Shown here: positions 11,331 to 22,900 of the stretch, piece by piece | Layout of the letters: every line of letters starts with the position of its first letter | Numbering within the stretch: the stretch's first letter is position 1 | Source: Vicugna vicugna | Lineage: Eukaryota | Assembly: GCA_013265495.1 (NCBI GenBank) | Contig: MU058844.1 | Location: forward strand, 1,494,941 to 1,558,940 | Length of the DNA stretch: 64,000 bases | Reading direction: 5' to 3' | Translations under genes and position numbers: made by a program | The notes under the pieces: model-generated | Told to the model about the DNA's origin: nothing | What the model saw: the letters and a program-made list of their open reading frames with translations, nothing else | The model's database searches: none

Positions 11331-13383
11331 ATCTTGTTATAAATGTAGAAATAAATATCCTGGCCTCAAGCAGTTTATAATCCAGAGAAGACATGCAAAT
11401 GTCTTTGTAAGAAGTGGAATCAGCAGACCACATATTTATCCTATTTTAAGTACTGTGAAAATAACTCCATGTACGTGATTATGAAGGTTCAGCCTCACTG
11501 CTAACAGAGCACCCACTCTGACTTATTTTTTTCCTTAACAGTAATGCAGAAACATAGAGATATTACTTTGCTAACAGTATTTTTTAACAGCAGATAATGT
11601 AACATGTCACACAGACTTTGAAGTCATCAAAATTTAATCCTTTCATTTGCTATGAAATTTGGTAAAGTAGTTCATCTTTATCAGACTCAGTTTCCACTTG
11701 TTAAATTGGGAAGATGGTACCCATCTTAGAATTGCTATAAAGATTACAGAGATGCTTGATTCGTGTTCAGTGATCAGAAATGATGGTTGAGACCATTTGC
11801 AGCAGCCTTTAATGTTGGCATGCATTCTGATGCATTTTGAAGACTTTTGGTGGTAGGTGGGACTGGGGTCCTAGATGGAGCCTCTAGACTCACTGACCAA
11901 TGTTGATGGTCAGTCTGATACATGCACCGAAGTGCTAAGTAATTGGGTGTGGGGAGGAAAGATGCTAAGGTTGTGAAGATACTAGAAAGAAGGAGTCAAG
12001 AGTTTCACTACAGGTACTTTTTAAAATCAAGCCCAGGAACTGGCAGGAATCTACAGGAAGAAAGTAGGAAAGGGGCTGGGGTGGGGAATGAACATTCGTT
12101 TCTTCCAAATTGAACATCGTAGTTCTGGGGCCATTTGTCACAAAATTCTCTTTATGGGGAAATCTCTTTGGAAGAACTCAGCTTACAAAACACAAAGTCA
12201 TAAAACGATGGCCCATGTTTTCCTCCCCCTTATTTCATCCTTTAATGTAATACATTTAAAAAAGTTGTTTCACGTAAACCTGATTGACTCTGAAGAGAGT
12301 CATAATCCATCTGAACCCATCCAAATGAAGGTAAGAGAAATAATCAAGTTCACATTATGCAAAATGGTGCTCAGTTAATTTATTGCACTGCACTGAATAA
12401 TAAGCTGTTAGGTGGCACATTACTTTTTTCATGTTAGATCAAATAGCTTATTGCTGCTGGAGCTTATTTCATATCGCATAAAATTTGGATATATTACAAT
12501 GAAGTAGATATGAGTCCATTATAAGAGACAGACTTAAGTACTTCATTTATAGGATCTCTCCATTTGGAAACTGGCAAGGGGGGAGAAGAAATGCAAACAA
12601 GGTAATGGCTAGAGGGGGATTTATGTGCATGGCGCATCGACTGCTCTGCTGTGGGTGACTGCTGGTGACCACGCGTGGGGCCAGTGCCTAAGAGAAAAGC
12701 AATGTTTCCAGTGGGAAAAAAATCCAGAGAGTTTATGTTCCTTTTCAGGGAAGTGTTGATGTTTTAATTACTTTCTGTTTTCTTTGGAGCCACATTTGAG
12801 AATTGGAAGCAAGTTAGAGAAATAAGAATTGGCTTTATTAGCAATCAGATGAATTGACATGCAGTCATGAGCTGGAGTAAGTCCAGATTCAGCTCTCAAC
12901 AAACTCCAGTCTCCAGTAGGACCCAGAGAGCCAAAAAATTCAGCCATTGAACAACTAACCAGAAGAATTCCTACACGAGGCACGTCATCTCTGAGAGCAG
13001 ACCGTTGTTTTTTTTGTTTTTTTTGTTTTTTCTATGCAGTCGAATCTCTTCTGGCCTCTGGGCCCCTGTTCTTCATGTTTGTAATTTTTTTCCTGTAAGT
13101 GTTGGTCTCTGATGAGTTTGTGAGGATAAGGAGAAGTGGGGTGTAAACCAAAAAAAGAATGATCACAAAGAGTTGGAATGAGTTGGCGAAACTGATGGGT
13201 TAGAGTTATTTCATGTTGAAGATAATCTGATACTTTTGGCATTTCATAGAAGAAAACTGCCTGTCGAAGCACGGGTGGAGCCAGAGGAAAAGGCTTAGGG
13301 AGAGGTGATACATTTGCACCCTTTCTCCTTACACCTGGAGTTGCCTAGAATTGACTAAATATTTAGCAAAACCAGGGTACTTA

Positions 13384-13416
13384 CACGTGTTCCAGGATCA
13401 GCAAATCTAAAAATAG
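13384..13416. promoter_or_regulatory. Putative enhancer motifs: CACGTG E-box and perfect MEF2 site
   Basis: CACGTG at 13384-13389 and CTAAAAATAG at 13407-13416, in repeat-free sequence with several retained CpGs nearby. Motif match only. Confidence 0.3.
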
Positions 13417-13639
13417 CAACTCGGTACAAGATTGAAATTGAAAAAAAGTGAACAAGTCCAACCGGCATGTTTGTGGTGCCCCAGGGGGTGGCCCCTGAGG
13501 ACAGAAGCGCCCCTTGTCCCTTCTGAAGCCTTCCCAGTCTACCACGCTCCAGGGGCAGTATGAAAACTCATTAAGCTTAGTCCAGTCAATTCAGTGCTAA
13601 GTGGATCAACCTGAGTTCCTAAAAAAATGATCTAATATC

Positions 13640-13780
13640 TACAGTGTGCCAGGCACTTAAATATATGATTTAAATTTTCAAAAAAACCCATCAGGAGATA
13701 TTATTCCTGCTGTAGAAATCATTATTTCTATTTTATGAATGCAAACTGAGGCTTGGGCAGGTTAGGTAAATTTGTAAGTT
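13640..13780 (-). mobile_element. MIR SINE
   Basis: 'tgtgccaggcact ... attttatgaatgcaaactgaggcttgggcaggttaggtaaattt'. Confidence 0.7.
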
Positions 13781-13789
13781 ATACAAACT

Positions 13790-15045
13790 TTTATTATTAA
13801 ACATTTCAAATACAAGTGAAAAAAAAGATAATATAATGAACCTCTGTGCTTATTTTTCTTCACTCACTCAGGATTAGTTGTCTTTATCGACACCTACTCC
13901 ACCCGTTATTTTGAAACAAATCCCAGATATCGGGTCATTTCATCTGTTTATCTTCCAATATGTGTCTCTGAGAGATAGAGATTCTTTAAAACAAAATAAC
14001 CACAAAACCTTTATCATGTTTCAAATATTAACAATAATTCCTAACATTAGGAAATATGCAGTCAGCGTTCACCTATCCCCAGTTGTCTTAGACTGATTTT
14101 TTATTTGTTTGAATCTAGATTCAAACAGCGTTTATGCATTGTGATTGCTTGTGAGTCTCTAAGGTCTCTTTACATCTGCAAGTTCCTCCTTCAACTCTAA
14201 TTTTTTTCTTAGAACTTTTGATTGAAGACATGAGATTGTTTTTCCCTGAAATTTCCTAACAGTCTGAATTTTCTTGATTCTGTTCCTTGAGGTATTCTCA
14301 AATATATTTATCATCTTGTACTTTGCATTTCCTATACATTTACTGTTAGAAGTAGAGATTTTATCAGATTCTGGTTCTATGTTTTTAGCAAGACTATGCC
14401 TTAAGTTGTGGTATGTATTTTCATAAATAGATATTTATTTGTGTGTGTGTAATGTTATCAGTTGTTGAGGATTTCTGTCTGGATCCATGATTTTATTGGC
14501 TATTGCAAAGTTGTGATATCTGAATTTTATAATTTTTTTAAAAATAGGCTTTATTTTTTTAGAGCAGTTTGAGTTGAAAGTACACATATATTCCTTCTCC
14601 CCCTTATCCTCACCCCCGCAGTGTCTTCCACAATCAACATTCAGCACCAGAGTGGTACATCGTGACAAAGAGTAACCCTACATTTACATGTCATTGTCAC
14701 CCAAAGTCCATAGTTTACATTAGGGTTCACTCTTCGTGTTGTCTGTTTTACAGGTTTTGACAAATATAAAATGGCATGCATCTATCAATGATTTTTTTTA
14801 TTTATTAACTGAGATCTTTCTGTAAGTTTTCCCTCATTACCTATTCAGTTATGTGAAGTAAAATTCATATAAGAAACCCAAGATAAATATTTCGTTCCTT
14901 TCCTGTATCTAGCAGTTTGCAGAATAATGAGTTGCTTCTCTCTGGTATCCTCTAAAGTGAATACAAGTTGTTTTTGGTTTTGTTGTTAATATCACTAAGA
15001 CTTCATGTATTTAGATATATTTGATATGTTTCAATGCTCTATTAT
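13790..15045 (-). mobile_element. Old L1 (L1MC-like) 3' region containing a second L1 3' end at about 14545-14790
   Basis: L1MC-type 3' motifs ('attttgaaacaaatcccagatatc', 'ttgtttgaatctagattcaaa'). Inner element: 'tttattttttagagcagttt ... cccaaagtccatagtttacattagggttcactctt' (L1MC1/L1MD-like). Confidence 0.7.
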
Positions 15046-15449
15046 ATATGCGTGTGTATATATACCATATACATATATATGCTAATAACTCATTAGTAAG
15101 CTTCCAGGTCACCAATGTCTATCAATCTACACTATTTTGCTGTTTTGATGTGAAGAAAGTAATTCTTAAGGTGGTGTAACATTTTATCTTAAAACGCTTT
15201 CCACTTACTGACTTACAAAGATTCCCCTGAGTCTCTGAGAATGGTAGAAAACCTTGCACTGTTGCTAGAAAAACACAAGCAGCTGTTTATATAGACATAG
15301 AGCTGGAAAAAAAAAGGAGAGAGGGAGGAGAAAAGGAGGAAGAAACAAAAAACAGAGTAAGCAAATGAGTATTAAAAAGTAAGCTGATTAATAAGCTTTT
15401 GCAGAGTGTAGGAAAATTATTGCAGTTAATTTATTTGCATGGTGTCATA

Positions 15450-15700
15450 TGACATTATTGTGAAGTGTTACACTTGAGGCTTGAGTTTGAGACTTCTTGG
15501 GTCAAATCTCTGGTTCCAGTGCTTCCAAATTGTGTCAAACCACCCATGTAACTTCCTTGTGCCTCAGCTGCCTCGTCGGTGCCAGAGAACGAGACAGCAC
15601 AGGCTCGTGAGGATGCAATAACTGAATATGTAAAAAGTGCTTAGATTGCTCGTACTAAATGCTCAGTAAATGCTAGTCGATTTTGTTGTCCTTTTGATGA
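15450..15700 (+). mobile_element. MIR SINE
   Basis: 'gggtcaaatctctggttcca ... tgtgcctcagctgcctc ... gtgaggatgcaat ... aagtgcttaga ... tgctcagtaaatgctag'. Confidence 0.75.
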
Positions 15701-15903
15701 TGATGATGATGTAAAAATGTGGATATTTACAAAGTACTCTCTCTTTCTGGACACAGAAGAGGAGTAAAACTGATATTTTACTGAACTAGCATTTGTATTA
15801 CATTAAATAATTTATTATCAACTGCAATATTTTTCAATCTATCCCCATTGCTTATTATTTATTCTAATACAGTAACTGGTATAGGGAAGGGATATATGGC
15901 ACA

Positions 15904-15910
<7 letters not shown>

Positions 15911-15939
<29 letters not shown>
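15911..15939. repeat. (GT)14 microsatellite
   Basis: Directly visible. Confidence 0.95.
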
Positions 15940-15942
<3 letters not shown>

Positions 15943-17256
15943 TGAGCAATACTGTTAGATGTATTTGACCCATACCAGGTTTTTTGAACATCTTCAAAGA
16001 ACTTTTACCAAACAAAGGCATATATGATGCTAGCAAAGAACAGAACTTTAAAGTTTTGCAAGAAAATCTGAACAACAAATCACAATAAAGGTGTTCAAGC
16101 ACAAAAGTGGGCAGTGAGGCACTAGCGAATCGCACAGTTCTGATGTTGTCCACAGCAAATCAGTATCAGCATTCATCAAAGCTCTTTCCTCGCCCAGGAA
16201 AAGAAAGAAAGAAAGAGGAACAATTTCAGAATTGCTCCTCCAATGACGGAAATGACTTTAATTACCAATTCATCTGTTGGCAGACTCTTCTGGCAGATGT
16301 ACCTGCAACTTGGAAAGATAACAAATGAACCAATTCCTTACTCCAGAGTTGACACTGATAGTGCTTGCTGAATTTGCTCTCAGAAAAAAATCCTGGGCAA
16401 CAATACATCTGGCACTCCATTCGAGGAATTTGTCATGTCGTTGACATGTTCAGCCTCCATTGTCCACACCACCCTGACAGCAGGTCCTTTATATTTCAAA
16501 GAAATTGCAGTCTGAATTAATATAATTAGAATGTAACTGCTATTCACTGCACAAACTCCTCATTTCCAGGAGGACAGATCTGATAGCATGTCTGTGCTCG
16601 AAATCTTTCCAGGGATGGCTGGAGGGGAGCAAGTGGATAATAAGATGACAGAATAGACCTTGTTTCATCAGCCTGTTTACGTACCAACTCATGGAAATAT
16701 AGGAGGAGAATAAAACTGTCCTGTCTTTGGCATATCTAAATCAAAATATTTTTCAAGTTTACCAGCCTGTATAGCACTTTTATAAAATATATAGTATGGG
16801 GTATCTGAAGTAAGAGAAAGAAATGAAATAGGAAAGGTGGTGTATCTTCCAAAAGACAGTGATGTGAAGTAGAGTGGGTAATTCATGGATAGAATTACAG
16901 AACTAAAGGGTGGTTGGATAACTTCATTCATTCTTTACTACTTCACTTTGATTAGCCAGTGCCACTAACCAAGCAATTATCACCAAGTAAGCAGCAACTT
17001 GAGTGCTAGATTCTTGAATTTCTTTCTTTGTCATTGTTGTGTTTCTACAAATGCTTGATTATCAATATGGTAAAAACTGACATCAGCATTTTTCTTTTTT
17101 TGGGGAAATAGATTGATTTGATTGACTTACATTCTCTCAAGTAAGTTAACATTCTCACTTTGAAGGACTCACTTGAGGGGAAAAATGACTTGACATACCA
17201 ATGTTTGGATTAGTGCTCACGGCCTCTCTGAAGAGTATAAAGTTTATTCTTGTATA

Positions 17257-17665
17257 TGTTAGGGACTGAATATCTGTGTTCTTCAGAAGTTTATATGTTG
17301 AAGTCCTCACCCACAATGTTCTGATATTTGGAGGTGGGACCTTTGGGAGGCAATTAGGTTTAGAAGCAGTCATAAGGTTGGGGCCCCCATGATGGGCATA
17401 GTGACCTTATAAGACAAGGCAGAGATACCAGAATGTGCTCTCTGTCTGTTTGTGTGTCTCTTTCTCTGTCTCTTTCCCTCTCTCCCTCTCTGCCATGTAA
17501 GGACACAGCAAGAAGTGGGCTATCTGCAAGTCAGAAAGAGAGCCTAGAAACCAAATGGGCTGGTACCTTGATCTTAAACCGCCTCCAGGACTGTGGGAAA
17601 TAACTTTATGTTGCTTAAGCTACCCACACTATGTATTTTGTTATGGTAGACCCAGCTGACTGGCA
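17257..17665 (+). mobile_element. MLT1A-like MaLR solo LTR
   Basis: TG...CA termini and MLT1A motifs: 'tatgttgaagtcctcacccacaatg ... tttggaggtgggacctttgggaggcaattagg ... gccatgtaaggacacagcaagaag ... tattttgttatgg'. Degenerate 5-bp flanks gtata/gtgca. Confidence 0.9.
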
Positions 17666-17881
17666 GTGCACAGGAGTCATTTGTTAACAAGCATCAAGAA
17701 GGGATAATGGTTTTCTTGTTTTTCTTAGAAGCATCTGTTGATCGTCACCTGAAATTCTGTACCAGAAATTGCAATACTAGAAATATGGAGAATGGGTAAT
17801 GTACTACAAAAATAGGGTCAAGGTTTACGAGAGAAGGTCTCAACAGAGGAACACCAGTGCCTCTTTTAATTTTACACCAAG

Positions 17882-17923
17882 TACATTTTATAAACCAAAT
17901 ACATTTTATAAACCAAATACATT
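17882..17923. repeat. Perfect 18-bp tandem duplication
   Basis: TACATTTTATAAACCAAA x2 plus a partial TACATT. Confidence 0.9.
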
Positions 17924-17959
17924 ATGTTAAGGAGCTGTGGAGCCTGGTAGATGGGTCTT

Positions 17960-18087
17960 GGGGAGGACTTGTTAAGATGCCAATGCCTGGATCTCCTCAG
18001 ATCGACTGAGTCAGAATTTTCAGCTCAAAGTGCTTGAGTTGGAAACCACTCCAAGTGCGTCTGCTGCACACCAGACTTGCTATCCAC
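17960..18087. mobile_element. MER5-like hAT-Charlie fragment
   Basis: 'ggacttgttaagatgc ... gactgagtcagaatt ... ccaagtgcgtctgctgcacaccagacttg'. Confidence 0.55.
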
Positions 18088-19979
18088 ACACGCGTGTTCG
18101 CTCTCACTCATACAAATATCCAGGTTTACTACCTAGGTAGATCCTTCTACAGATGATGTGTGTGATTTTAAAAACGGATACACTTAATTTACATAAATGG
18201 AAATCCATTTACGATGTTCTGGGCTGGTAGTTTTTAGAGGGCTTCTCAGAACCCCTGTCAGACCTCCTCCCTGTCTGTGTGCCTGCCCCTTCCCCTCTGC
18301 CATTGTCACCCCCTGTTTAGATTCTCTGTTTTGTCTGGATTAGGAAAAAAATGGCACTTCAGAGTCTCAGGCCATTTACTTTGCAAAGAATGCAATAGGG
18401 ATTTGTATTTTAAATGTGAAAATTCTTCAATAGAACCAACAAATACCCCTCCCTCTGATGCATTTGTCGTATTACTTTGGATGTTTAATAATAGAATTGT
18501 GTGTTATAAACATGTTTAGACATCTGAATATATACACAGATGGAAAATATCAAGCTGGCAGGAAAGGCCCATCCTCCAGACACAGGCACTCAGTGGAACT
18601 CTCCTCTTTTTTCTCTGTGGACTGAGACATGAGTCAGACAGGAGTACAGGGGATTTAGGGAATTCTTGTTTTGAGACCCCTAACTTCCACCAGCTGCTGG
18701 CTCTGACATTGTCTTTTTGATTTTTAATGGCCTTAAGAGAAATCTCAAGGTGGGTGGGTAGGAAGTGGACTGGGAGGGGGTAGTTCCTATTCCTTGTTTG
18801 ACTGATGGATTGTGGGATTTATTTGTCATGTGGACGACAGCTTGATTTATCCAAGGGAGGTAATAGTGACTCCCAGGACCCAGCTTGCCCCATCACATCC
18901 CAGAGGACTTTATTCTGATGTTTACAGAATAAAATGATTGGTGATCAACTAAGTATAATGAATGTATAACAATTATTTTCCAAAAGAGATTTTTAAAAAT
19001 CGTAAAATTAGTGCATACCCATATAGGGGCAAAAGAGGAATATAAAAGCAGTAAAAAGGGAAAACGTGTAGACTAGGGTGCTGATTTCAGAATCAGAGAG
19101 ATGTGGATTAGAACCCACCCTTACTGGTTGTATACCCTTCTTAAATTAATACTATTATTATCAAGGAATAGATTTGTTATGTCTGTTTTCATCATTTATA
19201 AATTGAAATCCCCTAATCTTGCCTTAAGTTTACAAGCATTCTTCCTAGTTTGTAAGAATTATTAAAAAATATATCCTTGGAAACAACATTCATAGGAAAG
19301 TAAGAAGTCCTTGTGGCAATGTTTCATTTTTTTTTTATTGTATTTTTCTCTTTCCTGAAAAACCAATGAAGAATGGCAGTTTTATATGTAAAACAGTAGT
19401 TAGCCTTTACATGGGTGACATTTTCCTAAAAGCTGAGAGATATTTCACATTTACAGAAAAACACCCTGTTCCCAAGTCGGATCTGATTAAAATTCAAATC
19501 TATATTAACATCTCATTACTTTTTGAAAAAAGTGAACACCACGCTTAATGGAAAATGCCTGATGTCTGCCAGCTCTGTTTTTGCGGCTTCCTTAACAAGG
19601 CTGTCTGGGGACCCAGGAGGGCTGGGTCACAGCTACATCCTTGTTAAAACAGTCAACCGGTATGAATGCTGGCCCTTAGTTTTTCCTTCCTTTCCCCTCT
19701 CCCAGCCCTACATTGTTTCAGCTGCCAGCCCCTAATTTTCTCTGAAGCAAGGGAAAGGGAAGGGCAAAAATGACTTTGAAAGAACAACATTTCTTTCTAT
19801 GCACTTAAATAGAACACTCAACACAAAACATCCTGTGTTTTCTTTTAATGGATGACACTCTGGCTGTAGTAACGTGTGAACGAAAACCTAGGGCTTGCTG
19901 TTGGAATAGGCATAGTTTTTTTGCATCCTACCTGATCAAGGGAAAGTTGCTTGACTACTTAAAATTACAACCCGGCCCC

Positions 19980-20650
19980 TTCCCCCACGCAGTCCTTGTC
20001 TCCTCCTCCTGCTGTGCCTTTTCTTCTCTCCATTGTACTTGTCACCTTCTAACATGTGTATATAATGTTTTTTGTTTATCTTCTGACTCCTCTGGCCATA
20101 ATGGAAATCCACGATAGCAAGGCTTTGTGTGTTTTGTTCATTGTTGGATTCATTGTTCTAAACACCATGCCTGGTGCAAAGTAGACAGTCAAAATATTTG
20201 CAGCATGAATGAGTGAACTAGTTTCTTTTTTGGTATCCTTTCTCATACAGTTACGGGGAAGACAACTGGTAAAAATGTGATACAAAAATCCTATAAATAT
20301 AATATGTTTACACCTAGTAGATAGATTTGAGAGCATAGCTCTCCTTGGAGTTTACATATCTTAGTTGGTAAAGAAAAGATACAAGAGTTGGATAAAAGAG
20401 AAACATCTCCTTATCACTCTCTATCCTCTTATTTTGCTTTATTTTTCTTCAAAGCCTGACTCTCCTATGCTCCAACATAATATATATTTCTTTGCTTACT
20501 GTCTACCTCCCCTTACTAGAATGTAAGCTTTTTAAGGGCAGGGATTGTATATTTCATTCACCTCTATGGCCCCTCTACTTAGAACAGTGTCTGGCACAAA
20601 GTGAGCACTCGACACGGATTTGGTAAATAAGTGAATGTTTGGATGAGTGT
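19980..20650 (+). mobile_element. Two L2 3' ends (about 19980-20220 and 20400-20650)
   Basis: 'catgcctggtgcaaagtagacagtcaaaatatttg ... atgaatgagtgaa' and 'actagaatgtaagct ... agggcagggatt ... cttagaacagtgtctggcaca'. Confidence 0.75.
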
Positions 20651-20759
20651 TGAAGACCCTCCATACCTGCCTCTGGTTCTGTAGGGGCTCTACAGCATGA
20701 TGGAGCACTAAGTCCTTGGTACTTCTAAGGTGGGTGGTGACACTAATATATATATACAT

Positions 20760-20975
20760 GAAATATAGTATGAGCCTAGGGACTGTGGTTTGGATCCTGG
20801 ACCATCCATGTATTTGCAGAATAAGCTGAAGTAATTTCTTCATTTCTTGATGTCACATTTTTATTGTCTATAAAATTCAAACAATGTTAGCTAATTTATG
20901 GCTATAGTGGAAGGGTAGAAAAGGCCTGACACATATAACAGCTGATTAGTAAATTTCACTGTCATCATCATCATC
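20760..20975 (+). mobile_element. MIR SINE
   Basis: Degenerate MIR ending in an (ATC)n-like tail. Confidence 0.55.
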
Positions 20976-20977
20976 AT

Positions 20978-21173
20978 CTGAGGTTGGCCGACTTCAGCAC
21001 ATGGGCCCAATCCAGACCATGGCTTGCTTTTGTAAATACAGTCATGCCCATTCATTTTCTTACTGTCCATAGCTATTTTTTCACTAGAACAGCAGAATTT
21101 AGGAGTTATTAAATGTCTGCAAAGCCTGAATTTTTACTCCCCGGCCCTTTAAAGAAAAAGTTTGTGAACTTTG
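20978..21173 (+). mobile_element. MER58A (hAT-Charlie)
   Basis: 'ggttggccgact ... gggcccaatccag ... tttgtaaata ... catgcccattcattt ... gcaaagcctgaa ... ggccctttaaagaaaaagtttgtgaactttg'. Confidence 0.85.
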
Positions 21174-21209
21174 ATGTAGAATATGGTCCCCCAGCAATAT
21201 AACTAAGCT

Positions 21210-21430
21210 CATGGTCCAGCAAAGTGTGGTCCATGGGCTAGTGTGAGTCACAAACTGTTCCTGATCCATGACAAGCCAAGTACAGAAATGCAGAGTAAGA
21301 ATTTAGAAACATTTATAACAATTTGATGTGCTGTTGACAGCCAAGTGCATGATTTTGGTTTATACAAAAGTCTTGGTTTATGACAGATTGAAAATGAAAA
21401 AAAAAAATCCTTGGCCCTTCCCACTGGAAT
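21210..21430 (+). mobile_element. MER5C-like (hAT-Charlie)
   Basis: 'caaagtgtggtccatggg ... aagtacagaaatgcagagtaagaatttagaaacatttataacaatttga ... acaaaagt ... gattgaaaat(A)n'. Confidence 0.7.
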
Positions 21431-22644
21431 GGAATCTGGTGTTTTGTAATGGGGTTTTCTTGTATTGGTAACTTAGGAAGACATATTCATATGGTTTCAG
21501 ATGGGAACATCTGGGGGCCCATCAGGTGGGAGTGATGAATGGGTCCTGAGGCTGCAACTGACCTGGAAAGGTTGATGAGGGAGCCCATTAATAACGTCAC
21601 GCAAATGGATTTCATATGCAGATGGGTGGGCCAGCCACAGTTCACTTATCAGCTAATACAGTCGTAATGTGTTGCTTTCTATCTGAGAGAAGGCGGCCAC
21701 CTTAGGATGTTATGTGTGTCTCACGCACATATATAAATGAATTCCTTTTGAGGTAAATGCAGTTTAAGTTGATAATTCATCGTCTCTGAACAGTAAGCCA
21801 ACAATTTTCCTGGAAATCTAGTGAAACAACAGTTCTATGGCCAGCCTTATGCTTTGTTGCATTTACGCTTTAAAAAAGCAGAATGACTTTTTCCTTTTCT
21901 GTTTTAGAATTGGTTCCAAACTGTAAAGGCTGCCAGAAAAAACAGACAAACTCTTAGGAACAACAATGCCCATTATGTGTAGGGTAAAAGCTGCCAGACT
22001 TTGATTTCTGGCCAGACATTAACCCCTTTAGTGTCTTAGAGGGGAAATGACAAGTCTGAATCCAGACACTTCCAGGATTTTCCAGTCACTTATAGTGTGA
22101 GACCAGGTGATTTATCATGAGTTGTGCAAAAAAGGACTATTGTGAGAAGGAAGTGCAAGTTCAAGGCCACATCTCCTTGTTTCCTGAATTCTGCCGTGAC
22201 TCATTCTGGCAAGCGGACATCGATTCCATAGCCTCTGCTTTTGCTTTTGCAGACCTGCTGGTCGTGGATGGGAGGCATGGCACTCTTGCCACCTGTCTGG
22301 CTTGTGTTTTCAGCTGGATGTCACAAGGAGAGAGCCAATTTGGCACTCTCAGAGGAAAACACATGGCTTCCTAGAGGCCACCATTTACCGAAACGCTGCT
22401 AGAAAAGAGAATTCCTGCAGACTCTTCTGTGGTCAGTTTCTTCCCCTTGTCATACACCCCATAGGTCGACAGACTGTATCCCATTTTGAGAGCTCAGATC
22501 AGCAGACAGCAATGCAATTTATAGTAGGAAGATGATGGTATGTGTATATGTTCTGTACATATATGTGTGTATTTCATTTGTTCTTTAATCTGTGTATATT
22601 TATTGATAGTCTACTATGGGATGGCTGGGGATACTACGTTAATT

Positions 22645-22900
22645 ACAGTCATAATCATAGCTACCATTTATTGAGAGCTTATTGCATATTGGTATCATGT
22701 TAAACATTTTACATACACATACTTTAACTCACTTAATCCTTAAAAAAAAAAGTTATGAAGTAGCCCCATTTTATACACTAGTAAATTGAGTTCCAGAAAA
22801 CTTGAGAGCACATGGCTTGTTAATGTCAGAGCTAGGATTCATATCCAAGTCAGTCAGATATAAAACCCATTTCCTCATTCATTTTGCGAAATTGCTTTCC
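22645..22900 (-). mobile_element. MIR SINE
   Basis: 'atagctaccatttattgagagctta ... cacttaatcct ... ccccattttatac ... cagagctaggattc'. Confidence 0.8.

Noticed and set aside
12265..12336. Plus-strand 66-nt exon ending GAAG|gtaaga
   Set aside because: Good donor, but the acceptor (aaaaaag) is poor and the peptide is unrecognised.
13475..13495. CTCF site (GCCCCAGGGGGTGG)
   Set aside because: Several mismatches at informative positions of the CCACCAGGGGGCGC core.
21890..21990. Plus-strand exon after ttttccttttctgttttag
   Set aside because: Stops in all three frames and a weak donor; likely a pseudo-exon.
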